Positions 30,127 through 39,297 of a stretch of DNA of 64,000 bases are shown here, in pieces. How positions within the stretch are numbered: position 1 is the first letter of the stretch; the number at the start of each line of letters is the position of its first letter. Under the pieces are notes generated by a model. The model was given only the letters and a program-made list of their open reading frames with translations. It did not search any database and was not told where the DNA came from. The stretch lies in assembly GCA_038231135.1 (NCBI GenBank), contig JBBRLX010000015.1:23982-87981 (forward strand), given 5' to 3'. Source of the stretch: Candidatus Eiseniibacteriota bacterium. GTDB taxonomy: Bacteria > Eisenbacteria > RBG-16-71-46. The translations under genes were made by a program, and so were the position numbers.

Positions 30127-30247
30127 ATCGAGCGGGGCGCGTGAGCCCAAGTCCTACCCAGCCCAGCCTGCCATCTCCGGACCGGCTTCCACTCTGCTCG
30201 ACTTCCTGACGGCGCCTCGGCCATCCGGCCGGGGCGCTGAGTTTTTT
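30127..30247 (+). ncRNA. Candidate sigma54-dependent small RNA (~120 nt)
   Basis: Promoter, 10-bp stem 30128-30137/30192-30201 closing a C-rich loop, then a 12-bp terminator stem and T6; G-U pairs favour the + strand; no credible ORF. Confidence 0.55.
30211..30247 (+). terminator. Intrinsic terminator
   Basis: GGCGCCTCGGCC-ATCC-GGCCGGGGCGCT-GAG-TTTTTT. Confidence 0.7.
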
Positions 30248-30263
30248 GCTGACGAGGGCCCCC

Positions 30264-30935
30264 TCAGGGGATCGCGCGCTTCAGGGCGAGCAGCACCCGC
30301 ACCGACACCGGGTCCACCGAGCACCCGTGGGGCAGCGAGTCGGCGGAGGTGATCGCCTTCACCGAATCCGTCCGGCCTTCGAGTTGCACCGGCTTGAGCC
30401 TCACGCTGTCGAGCCGTGCCACCTCACGATAGGGGCCGTGCACCAGCACCCGGGCGGGATCGGTCGCGTACCGGCCGTCCCACTGCCAGCCCGGGCGCGG
30501 CGCACCCGTCACCCGGATCGCGAGTGGCAGGTTCCGCGCCAGCTTGCACTCGATGTCGAGCGCGATCACCCGCGAGCTCGCCATGCGCTGCACTTCGAGG
30601 CCCTCGTCGTGCATCAACGGCAGGTCCTCGGGCACCACGGTGCGCTCGTAGTGGCCGGGCCCCACGCCGGCGAGCGACACCTTGAGCCGCGGTTCGGTGA
30701 GCCTCAGGCGGATGAGCTGTTTCCCGGTGCCGCGCAACTCCGCGCGCACCGGCTCGGGGGGCGGCCCGCTCAGCGCCAGCGTGTCGGCGAGATCGGTGAT
30801 CTCGAGCGGAAAGCTCACCAGCATCGCGGCGGGGCGCTCGGTGTACACGTGCAGATAGAGCGCGATCGCGAGCAGCAGCGCGACCAGCTTAACGCCCAGG
30901 TTCTCGAGCAGCACGCTGCGCAGCAGGGTGAGCAT
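30264..30935 (-). CDS. YbbR/CdaR-like domain protein
   Basis: ENLGVKLVALLLAIALYL.V anchor; two YbbR-like repeats (P..VRAELRG, P.RVLVHGP, VDP.SVRV). Confidence 0.85.
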   Translation of the reverse strand: MLTLLRSVLLENLGVKLVALLLAIALYLHVYTERPAAMLVSFPLEITDLADTLALSGPPPEPVRAELRGTGKQLIRLRLTEPRLKVSLAGVGPGHYERTVVPEDLPLMHDEGLEVQRMASSRVIALDIECKLARNLPLAIRVTGAPRPGWQWDGRYATDPARVLVHGPYREVARLDSVRLKPVQLEGRTDSVKAITSADSLPHGCSVDPVSVRVLLALKRAIP

Positions 30936-30984
30936 CGTCTTAGTCCCTAAGGTCCGAGCATCTCGATCAGGGGCTCGGAGGTCA

Positions 30985-31734
30985 TCAATCCTCCCCATCC
31001 TCGAACCGTACCCGGGCGAGGATCACGGTGATGTTGTCGTGGCCGCCGCGCGATTTCGCGAGCTCGATGAGGCCGCTGGCTGCCGCGCCCAGGTCGACCT
31101 GGCGCGCGTGATCGAGCAGCTCGGCATCCTCGACGAGCCCGTGCAGCCCGTCCGAGGACAGCAGCAGCGTGTCGCCGTTCGTGAGCACCACGGTGCCGGT
31201 GTCGATCTCGACCTCGGGTCCCACGCCCAGACTGCGCGTCACCACGTTGCGACGCGGATCCACGCGCGCCTGCTCGGGCGTCAGGTGCTGGAACTCGACG
31301 AGCTGGGCGACCAGCGAATGATCGCGCGTGAACTGCCGGATCCCGCCATCGCGCACCAGATAGGCGCGGCTGTCGCCGACGTGGGCAAACACCGCCGCGC
31401 GCGGATGCACGACCACCGCGGTGCAGGTGGTCCCCATGCCGCGGCGCTCGGGATTGGCGACGCTGTCCGCGTGCACCAGGGCGTTCGCCCCCTGGACCAG
31501 GTCGCGGAGCGCATCCTCCCCGGCCGCCGCCGCGATGGCGCGGCTGCCGGCGATCACGTGGTCCACGGCCAGCAGGCTCGCCACCTCGCCGGCACGGGCG
31601 CCGCCCATGCCATCGGCGACGACGAGCATGCACGCCGGCGATTCGCCGCTGCCGGCGCACCAGACGGCGTGATGGTCCTCGTTCTGCGAGCGCTTGAGGC
31701 CGATGTCGGTCATGGCGTGGATGTCGGTGAGCAT
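30985..31734 (-). CDS. PP2C-family Ser/Thr phosphatase (Stp1/PrpC-like)
   Basis: TDIG.KR.QNED, VADGMGG..AGEVAS, GMGTT, HVGDSRAY, TRDHS, SDGL, GGHDNIT. Confidence 0.95.
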   Translation of the reverse strand: MLTDIHAMTDIGLKRSQNEDHHAVWCAGSGESPACMLVVADGMGGARAGEVASLLAVDHVIAGSRAIAAAAGEDALRDLVQGANALVHADSVANPERRGMGTTCTAVVVHPRAAVFAHVGDSRAYLVRDGGIRQFTRDHSLVAQLVEFQHLTPEQARVDPRRNVVTRSLGVGPEVEIDTGTVVLTNGDTLLLSSDGLHGLVEDAELLDHARQVDLGAAASGLIELAKSRGGHDNITVILARVRFEDGED

Positions 31735-31790
31735 GATGGTCGCATTCTGTCGGTTGCACGACTCGAATTCAAACACTGCCGGACGCGCGA

Positions 31791-31814
31791 AGGGCGGGCT
31801 CGATGGCCCGCCCT
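31791..31814 (-). terminator. Hairpin after the S8 peptidase gene
   Basis: AGGGCGGGC-N6-GCCCGCCCT; weak U tract. Confidence 0.45.
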
Positions 31815-31842
31815 CCGGTGCTGCCGTGTCCGTGAACGACGA

Positions 31843-34800
31843 TCAGCGCAGCGTGACGATCTTGCGATGGAACGTGTGGCCGTCCACGTCCATCAGGGAA
31901 TAGTAGACCCCCGGCTGGACCGTGCGCCCGTGGTCGTCGGAGCGATCCCAGCGCACCGAGTGCATGCCCGGCGCCAGCCGGTCGTCGACCAGCGTGCGCA
32001 GCTTGCGTCCGCCGATGTCGTAGATCGACAGCCGCACCGAAGCCGTGGCGGGCAGGCCGAACACGATCGTCGTCGACTGCTGCACCGGGTTCGGCGCGTT
32101 CTGCCGCAGCTCGATTTCGCGCGGCACGGCCGGCCCCACCGCGGTGAGCGCGTTGCCGTTCACGTGGATGTCGAGTGCCCGCGCGCTGCCCCAGTTGCCC
32201 GCCGCGTCGCGGCCGCGCACCCACAGCCTGGTGTTGCCGGCGTTGACGCCGCTCACCGGGATCGTGGCGGTCACGGCTTCGGACGACGTCGTGAAGCCGC
32301 CCGTCATCGCGTGACCCGCGCCCGCCGGAGCCGGAATCGCGCCGGAGCTCCATTCGGCCGCGGTCACGTTCGAGCCGCCCTGCAGCACGTCGGACAGCGT
32401 GGCCGCGATCGAGCTGGTCGCGGTGTTCACGATCGGGTTCGGATTGACCTGGATCGAGCCCGCGACCACCGCCGGTCCGGTCCCGTCGCCGCCGGCGTGA
32501 ACGATCGAGAACACCGCGTCGCTGACGTCGAACCCGCTGAGCGCCGGCGTGCCGTTGTCCTTCACCCGGATGCGGATGCGTCCCGACGCCGTGTTGCCGA
32601 CGCCCGCCACGTTCCAGTTATAGGGGCTGGGGCCCGCGCTCGGCGTCACCGTGACCCACGACACGCCGTTGTCGGGCGAATACTCGATGATGCGCGACGT
32701 GATCGTGGCGCCGTCCGCGGCTTCGGTCCAGGTGATGTTCACCGCGGGCGCGCTGATCACCTCGCCCCCGTTGGGCGACCCCACCGTCACCGTGGGCTTG
32801 TCGCGGCCCATCAGCCAGGTGAGCGTGCGGTGCAGCACGTCGCGGCGCACCGCGCTCGACGGATCCAGGTTGAAGTCGATGTTGGTCCACTCGAAGAACA
32901 TCGCCTCGAGCCGCGTTGCCTGGCCGCCCCACTTCGCGGCGCCGGCCGAGCCCACGGGTGTCGGGCTCTCCCAGCGCACGCCGGCCGTCGCGGGGGACCC
33001 GTCGCCGCTCAGCCACGATCCGAACGCGTCGCCGGCGGCGGTCACTTCATCGCCCGACGCGCCGGCGCGGGGCTCCTGATAGGGGAGTCCGGCGGTATAG
33101 GGATCGCTGATCGGATCGCCGCTGACGCCAATCACCTGCGTCCAGGCCGGCGGATCCGCCACGAACGTCGAACGCAGCGAGTTCTGCAGCCACGCCTGGC
33201 GCTGCGGGGTGTAGTACGGCGACGTCGGCTCGGCGAGCGCCCAGCCCAGATCCTGGCCTTCGATCGCGAACCGGCCGCCGCCCGCCAGGTACTGGTCGAT
33301 CGAGTCGCGCGCGGCGTCGGACACCGGCGGGTACTGATCGAGCCCCGGCTGCCACCACACCACGTCGTAGGACCGCATGCCGCTCGTGAGATTGCCGACC
33401 GCGGGATTGTCCGCGAGCGTCCCCGACCAGGTGTCGTAGAACCAGCCCAGCTCGTTGAGCGCCGCGTCGTACCGCTGCGGGCGCTCGAACGGGCTGGCGT
33501 TGTAGACCACGAGCAGGTCGCCGGGCGGCCGGACGGTGAACCGGTAGTGCTGGCCGCCGTTGTCGTCGCGCGTGACGTTGCCGTTCAGGTCCTGCGACTC
33601 GACGTCGAACAGGTAGGTGCTGCCGGGAGTGAGACCCGTGATCGTCTCGCCATGGGCGAGCGTCGCCACCGGATCGAGCGGCGTCGAGCTGCCGAGCGCC
33701 GCCGTGGTGCCGTAGTAGACGCGCGAGTTCGCGTTGGTGTTCGTGGTCCAGACCACGGTGGTGGCGCCGGTGCCCGCGCTCTGCGCCTGCACGGCCGTGA
33801 TCAACGGCGGATAGAACGACACTGCCGCGGTCTGCGTGACGTTCGCGACCGGGTTCGCGTCGTGATAGGTGGCGGTGATCACGTCGCCGTTCGACACCTG
33901 CACGAAGCCATCGCCGGCCGAGCCGACGTTGGGCGACAGCGTCACCGTGCCCGAATAGATCCCGTTCGCGCCGGACAGGTTGACGGTCTCGCCCGTCGCG
34001 TCGGTGGACGACGTCACGGTGATGGGAACGGTCGCCGCGCCGTTGGTGTCGGTGACGCGCAGTTGCACCGTGCTGCCGGACCCGTAGGAGGCGCGATCGA
34101 GCGCGACCGCGCCGGCGTTGGTGCCGACGCCGCCCGTGATCGTCAGGCCGAATGGCTGCGGACCGACGGGCACGTTGTTGCCGTCCACCTGGATCGTCCA
34201 GACCCCCGGCGCCGGTGTCTTGACGAGCACCGCCTCTTCGACGTTGCGGCTGTCGTAGGTGCCGCCGGTCACCGAGAAACCGGCCGAATACGCGTTGCCC
34301 TTGTAGGTGACGACGCCGTTCGTGACCGTCAGGTTGAGGTCGTTCACGAGCTCCACGGCCGCCGACGGGTTGCCGGGGTAGTCGGTCCAGCACAGCGTGA
34401 CCTCGAGGTTCGTCGAATCGTTGACCACGTTCACGTGGTACTGAATCGACTGCCCGTTGCCGAGGCCGGCCGTCTGGTCGACGAGCAGCAGCCGGCGCTG
34501 GTCCCGGCCGCCAATGCCACCCCCGAAGTACAGCACGCTGTCGGCGCACACGCGCCCGTAGCCGATGTTGTTGTCGGGGGCGTTGAGTCCCGCGGGCGAG
34601 GTGATGGAGTTGACGCCGGAATTCACCACCATCGACTTGAGCAGCGCGGCCGACGGCGAGAAGCCGTTCGCGGGCGTCTTGAACCCCGTCGGGTACCAGC
34701 CCTCCGTGCAGTACTGGCGGATCAGGGCGGTCATGCCGGCGGCCGCCGGCGATGCCATCGAGGTGCCGGACAGCCCGGCGTAGTTGGCCGGCCCGTTCTG

Positions 34801-36594
34801 CGCCGAGGTCACGACGGACGCCGGAGCGCAGATCGTCGGCTTGCGCCGCAGGTCCGCAGTGGGCCCGCGGCTCGTCGTCGTGTAGAGCGAGTTCTCGTTC
34901 GCGATCGAGCCGTTCTTGACGCCGCCGACGCTGACGCAGTCCTTGGCGGACGCCGGTGAGCCGACGGTGCCCGACGTGGACGAATTGCCGTTGGAAAAGA
35001 AGATCAGGTAGTCGGGGTGATTCCACATGAACTGATCGACGTTGTAGGAGTCGATCGTGTAGGCGCCCATCACCGCCGAGCCCCATGAATTCGTGGAGAT
35101 GCGCGCGGCGCCGCCGGCGTTGCCGGTGTAGGACGGCTGGAACAGGTCGTTCAGGTCGGCCGGCGGTGCCAGGCCGTTCGCCAGCGCCGTGCCCCCCATG
35201 TCCGAGTGCCAGATCTTCGCGAACTTGGCGACCCCGTCGAATCCGGAAAACGGCGGCGTCAGGTCGTTGCCGGCCAGCGTGCCGCTGGTGTGGCTGCCGT
35301 GAAACGACGCCCCCGCGTGGTCGCCGAACTCGATCGCGGGATCGTCCGAGGCGCGGTCGTACTCGATCACCTTGCGATGCGTGGGATAGGCGCCGAACGT
35401 CGTCAGCGGCACCGCGGGGTCGTTGTAGTTCTCGTGCGTCAGGTCGATGCCGCTGTCGGCGTGATGGAGCACCTGGCCTTCGCCGTGGAGACCGAGATCC
35501 CACAGCCGCCGGTTGCTGGTGGAGCCGGTCTGCACCTCCCACTGCACGGAGGTGTTGTCGACCGTCGGCTGCACGTAGGGCTCGATCCACGCCACGTCGG
35601 GATGCTGCGCGAGCTGCGCCACGGCGCTGCCCGGCAACATGATCCGGGCGATCTTGTTGATGCCGTTGTCCGAGGTCTTGAGCACCCGGCCGCCGACCGC
35701 CACGGCCGCCGCGCCGATGGCGCCGAGGTCGCCGTCGGCGAACGCCAGCACTTCCATGGTGCGCGGCGCGTCGGACTGGAGGTCGACCCGCCCGCTGATC
35801 TTGTACGCTGGCTGGAAATTGCCGACCCAGGCGCCGGCGTTGTCCAGCGTCACGCTGCCCTGCGGCTTGAGCCGCACGAGGAACGTGTGATCGGGGACGT
35901 ATGCCACGATTGTGCCGCCCGACTGCAGCACGCGCTGGCGCACCGCTTCCGGGTCGCCGGCGCCGTAATACATGAGGTAGGTACGGGTCGCGGTCACCGG
36001 CTGGTTCATCGCGCGCATGGCGGCCGGCAGCGCCGGCTCGCCGCGGGACGGATCGATCGTGTAGCCCGCCGCGAGGTGGATGCGATCCGCGGTCCGGTCC
36101 ACGACCGGCGTGAAGCTCGTGATCGGCGAGGTCTCGAGATAGGGCGTGGCCGCCAGGTGATTCTCGAACTTCGGCGTCACGCGCAGCGAACGCGTCTCGC
36201 TGAACGTCAGCGGTCCGCCGCGGGTGACCGCGGTGCCGACCGCCCAGTAGAACCGCTGCTCCGCGTCGAACGATTCCTTGAGGTCGTCGAACGACGCGAT
36301 CGGCTTCGCGAGCTCGAGCACGCGGAACCGGTCGCCGTCCGGGGTGCGGGTCCAGGCGCGCGCATCGAACGGCGCGCTCGAGACGACCAGCACGTGACGC
36401 ATGGCGCCCGACGGGGCCAGCCAGGCGAAGCGCAGGCCGCTCGCGGACGCGACCGCCCCGGCCTCGGGACCGACGAGCCGCGGTTGCAGCGGGTGCCCTG
36501 CGGGCAGGGCCGCCAGCGCGCCCCCGGCGAATGTGAGGGTCAGCGCGAGGGCGCCGAACAGCGTGAACCGCGCTCGACTGGAGCCGCCGATCAT
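31843..36594 (-). CDS. Large secreted S8 (KP-43-like) serine peptidase with FN3/Ig-like domains and a C-terminal FlgD/T9SS-type sorting domain
   Basis: Signal peptide; ADSGID, HGSHTSG, GTSMASP catalytic triad; LVNDLNL; C-terminal QNAPNP...IYDIGGRKLRTL...WD...G..VQPGVY. Confidence 0.92.
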   Translation of the reverse strand: MIGGSSRARFTLFGALALTLTFAGGALAALPAGHPLQPRLVGPEAGAVASASGLRFAWLAPSGAMRHVLVVSSAPFDARAWTRTPDGDRFRVLELAKPIASFDDLKESFDAEQRFYWAVGTAVTRGGPLTFSETRSLRVTPKFENHLAATPYLETSPITSFTPVVDRTADRIHLAAGYTIDPSRGEPALPAAMRAMNQPVTATRTYLMYYGAGDPEAVRQRVLQSGGTIVAYVPDHTFLVRLKPQGSVTLDNAGAWVGNFQPAYKISGRVDLQSDAPRTMEVLAFADGDLGAIGAAAVAVGGRVLKTSDNGINKIARIMLPGSAVAQLAQHPDVAWIEPYVQPTVDNTSVQWEVQTGSTSNRRLWDLGLHGEGQVLHHADSGIDLTHENYNDPAVPLTTFGAYPTHRKVIEYDRASDDPAIEFGDHAGASFHGSHTSGTLAGNDLTPPFSGFDGVAKFAKIWHSDMGGTALANGLAPPADLNDLFQPSYTGNAGGAARISTNSWGSAVMGAYTIDSYNVDQFMWNHPDYLIFFSNGNSSTSGTVGSPASAKDCVSVGGVKNGSIANENSLYTTTSRGPTADLRRKPTICAPASVVTSAQNGPANYAGLSGTSMASPAAAGMTALIRQYCTEGWYPTGFKTPANGFSPSAALLKSMVVNSGVNSITSPAGLNAPDNNIGYGRVCADSVLYFGGGIGGRDQRRLLLVDQTAGLGNGQSIQYHVNVVNDSTNLEVTLCWTDYPGNPSAAVELVNDLNLTVTNGVVTYKGNAYSAGFSVTGGTYDSRNVEEAVLVKTPAPGVWTIQVDGNNVPVGPQPFGLTITGGVGTNAGAVALDRASYGSGSTVQLRVTDTNGAATVPITVTSSTDATGETVNLSGANGIYSGTVTLSPNVGSAGDGFVQVSNGDVITATYHDANPVANVTQTAAVSFYPPLITAVQAQSAGTGATTVVWTTNTNANSRVYYGTTAALGSSTPLDPVATLAHGETITGLTPGSTYLFDVESQDLNGNVTRDDNGGQHYRFTVRPPGDLLVVYNASPFERPQRYDAALNELGWFYDTWSGTLADNPAVGNLTSGMRSYDVVWWQPGLDQYPPVSDAARDSIDQYLAGGGRFAIEGQDLGWALAEPTSPYYTPQRQAWLQNSLRSTFVADPPAWTQVIGVSGDPISDPYTAGLPYQEPRAGASGDEVTAAGDAFGSWLSGDGSPATAGVRWESPTPVGSAGAAKWGGQATRLEAMFFEWTNIDFNLDPSSAVRRDVLHRTLTWLMGRDKPTVTVGSPNGGEVISAPAVNITWTEAADGATITSRIIEYSPDNGVSWVTVTPSAGPSPYNWNVAGVGNTASGRIRIRVKDNGTPALSGFDVSDAVFSIVHAGGDGTGPAVVAGSIQVNPNPIVNTATSSIAATLSDVLQGGSNVTAAEWSSGAIPAPAGAGHAMTGGFTTSSEAVTATIPVSGVNAGNTRLWVRGRDAAGNWGSARALDIHVNGNALTAVGPAVPREIELRQNAPNPVQQSTTIVFGLPATASVRLSIYDIGGRKLRTLVDDRLAPGMHSVRWDRSDDHGRTVQPGVYYSLMDVDGHTFHRKIVTLR

Positions 36595-36925
36595 GGATCC
36601 TCCGGGCAGAGCCCTGGCGCCGGTCGTCGTTCTGCGGCCGCAGAACGACTTCAGGGGCAAGGCTTTGGGGGTTTCTGGGCTACGGTGGCGCCGCGCCGGG
36701 ACCGGGCAACGGGTTCACCAGCGCCGCGACTGAGCAAGGGGATTATGTCAGATGCGGAGGCGGCCCGGGAGCATGACTTTTCGGGGACCCCGCAATGAAA
36801 TAACCGGGAAATCGTCCGATGGCTGGGGATCCCGCAACGCTGGCCCCGCGAGGGCGGGCGGGCCACACGGCCGGTAACGGCCGACGCGCCTGCCGCGACG
36901 GGTGCGGGCGGGGGTGCGGCCGCCA

Positions 36926-38344
36926 TCAACGGGCGGCGCGCGCCTCCTGGCGCATCAGGTGGATCGCCAGGCCGTCGGCGTCCTCCGCGGCTTCCCCGAT
37001 CGCCTCCATGAGCGTCGGATGAGCGTGGATCGCCTGGGCCAGATCCTTCACGTTCAGGTCGGCGGCGATCGCGAGCGAGCATTCGTGGATCAGCTCGCTG
37101 GCCCGGTAGCCGATGATATGCGCGCCCAGCACCTGGTCGGTGCCGGCGTCCCCAACGATCTTCACGAACCCGGTGGTCTCGCCGTCCGCGATGTTGCGGC
37201 CATGGGCACGGAACGGGAACCGCCCGATCTTCACCTGCCGCCCCTGCTCCTTCGCCTCCCGCTCGGTGAGCCCGACGCTCGCGATCTCGGGGATCGTGAA
37301 CGTGGCCGCCGGGACCGCGCGCCAGTTCGTCTGCGCCGTGTGCCCCGCGATGATCTCGGCGGCGGCCTTGCCCTGCGCGGACGCGAAGTGGGCGAGCTGG
37401 CGGATGTCGGTGACGTCGCCGATCGCGAAGATGCCCGGCACCGAGGTCTGCAGCCTGTCGTTGACGGCAATCTTGCCGCGGTCGCCGCGGGCGACGCCGA
37501 GCGCTTCGATCCCCAGGCCGTCGGCATATGGGCGCCGGCCCGTGGCGACGAGCACGGTGTCGACTTCCACCGTCTTGCCGCCGGCGAGCGTGAGCACCAC
37601 GGAGCCGTTGGGGCCGTCCTTCATGCCGTCGACCTTGGTGCCGAGGTTCAGGTCGATCTTCTGCTTCTTCATCTCGCGCTCGAGCAACTGCGCGATCTCG
37701 TCGTCCTCGGCGGGCACCAGCCGCGGCAGCATCTCGATCAGCGTCACCTGGGTGCCCAGCGCGGCGAAGAAGCACGCGAACTCGCAACCCACCACGCCGC
37801 CGCCCAGCACCGCCAGCCGCTTGGGCTGCTTCGTCATCTCGAGCGCCTCCTTGCTGGTGATGACGCGCTCGCCGTCGAGCGCGAACCCGGGCGGCATCGT
37901 GGCGTAGGCGCCGGTGGCGATAATCACGTTGTCGGCCGTGATCTCGGTGGTCTTGCCGGCCGCCGTCACCACGATGCGGTTCGGATTCGTGAGTTTCGCG
38001 GCGCCGGCGTGGATGTCGACCTGCCGGCCGACGAGCAGCGTCTTCACGCCGCCCGTGAGCTGCTTCACCACCTTGTTCTTGCGTTCGAGCAGCACCGGCC
38101 AGTTGATCTTCGGCTCGCCGACGTCGATGCCGAACTCCCTGGCCCGCCGGATCTGCTCGAACAGATGGGCCGTCATGATCCAGGCCTTGGTGGGGATGCA
38201 GCCCCAGTTGAGACAGGTGCCGCCGAGTTCGTCCTTTTCGACGACGGCGGTATCGAGACCGAGCTGGGCGGCGCGGATCGCCCCGACATAGCCGCCGGGA
38301 CCGGTGCCGATGATGACAACCTTGTAACGTTTGGATTCGGGCAT
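36926..38344 (-). CDS. lpdA: Dihydrolipoyl dehydrogenase
   Basis: IGTGPGGYVGAIRAAQLG, GGTCLNWGCIPTK, GGGVVGCE, HAHPTLME. Confidence 0.96.
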   Translation of the reverse strand: MPESKRYKVVIIGTGPGGYVGAIRAAQLGLDTAVVEKDELGGTCLNWGCIPTKAWIMTAHLFEQIRRAREFGIDVGEPKINWPVLLERKNKVVKQLTGGVKTLLVGRQVDIHAGAAKLTNPNRIVVTAAGKTTEITADNVIIATGAYATMPPGFALDGERVITSKEALEMTKQPKRLAVLGGGVVGCEFACFFAALGTQVTLIEMLPRLVPAEDDEIAQLLEREMKKQKIDLNLGTKVDGMKDGPNGSVVLTLAGGKTVEVDTVLVATGRRPYADGLGIEALGVARGDRGKIAVNDRLQTSVPGIFAIGDVTDIRQLAHFASAQGKAAAEIIAGHTAQTNWRAVPAATFTIPEIASVGLTEREAKEQGRQVKIGRFPFRAHGRNIADGETTGFVKIVGDAGTDQVLGAHIIGYRASELIHECSLAIAADLNVKDLAQAIHAHPTLMEAIGEAAEDADGLAIHLMRQEARAAR

Positions 38345-38403
38345 GGGGCGAGTTTTCGACGGAACGCGGCCGGATGTCAAACCGCCGCGGCGGCGCTTCG
38401 CCG

Positions 38404-39207
38404 CTACTGCGTCAGCGGCGGCGCCGCCCGGCCGGTCTTCTTCTGGATGCGCTTCACGGCGTCGATCAACGGCTGCTGCATCTCGGTGGGCGGGCTGCTC
38501 TCCATCGCGCGGTGGTAGTACTTGAGCGCGGCGTCGTCCTCGCCGCGATGCTCGCTCACGATGCCGAGGTTGAACAGCGCCACCGGCTGGTGCGGGTCGC
38601 GCTCGAGCGCCAGGTGGAAATGCCGCTCGGCTTCGTCAGCGTTGCCGAGATTGTAGTAGCACACCCCCTCGTCCACGATCGACGTGGCGAGGCTGGAATC
38701 GCGGCGGATCGCCGCCCGATAGTGGACGATGGCTTCCGACCAGTTGCCGGTGTCGTACAGCACGTCGGCGAGGCCGACCTGCGCCTGCACGTTGGTGGAG
38801 TCCTTGGCCAGCTCGGCCCGCATCTGGTCGGCGCGCTTCTGCTGCCCCTCGCGCGCGCCCTCGACCGGCTGCTGCTGGCGGTCGAGGTTGACCTTGACCG
38901 CCAGCCACACGAGCGCCATGGCGGCGAACGCCGCAAACAACAGCCAGAGCGACACCACCTGAGGATCGGACCGCGGCGGACGGCGCTGGGGCCGGCGCGG
39001 CACGATCGGGATCCCCGGTTCGGACGAGGCGCTGCCGGCCTGGCCGTCCGTGGGGCCGGGAGCGCCGGATGCGCCGCCTGCGGACGATGACTCGGACGGG
39101 GGATCGCTGCCCGGTGCCCCTGTCAGGGGAAAGCCACAGTGCTCGCAGATCGCGGCGCCGGGCACATTTCGATGTCCGCAGTCGGGACAGACGTTCGGGG
39201 AATCCAT
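38404..39207 (-). CDS. Zinc-ribbon + TM + TPR protein
   Basis: CPDCG..CEHCG, one TM helix, about three TPR repeats. Confidence 0.8.
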   Translation of the reverse strand: MDSPNVCPDCGHRNVPGAAICEHCGFPLTGAPGSDPPSESSSAGGASGAPGPTDGQAGSASSEPGIPIVPRRPQRRPPRSDPQVVSLWLLFAAFAAMALVWLAVKVNLDRQQQPVEGAREGQQKRADQMRAELAKDSTNVQAQVGLADVLYDTGNWSEAIVHYRAAIRRDSSLATSIVDEGVCYYNLGNADEAERHFHLALERDPHQPVALFNLGIVSEHRGEDDAALKYYHRAMESSPPTEMQQPLIDAVKRIQKKTGRAAPPLTQ

Positions 39208-39297
39208 CGCGGCGATACTAGGTGCGGGCCCGCGGCGCCGACAAGCGCGCGGTTCGGTTGCTCCCACCGGGAGCGGGTGATAGCGTCCTAGGCTTCC

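Noticed and set aside
36791..36807. GG-N10-GC box upstream of the S8 peptidase (CGGTTATTTCATTGC on -)
   Set aside because: Spacing fits but the -24 box lacks GGCAC; too weak to call.
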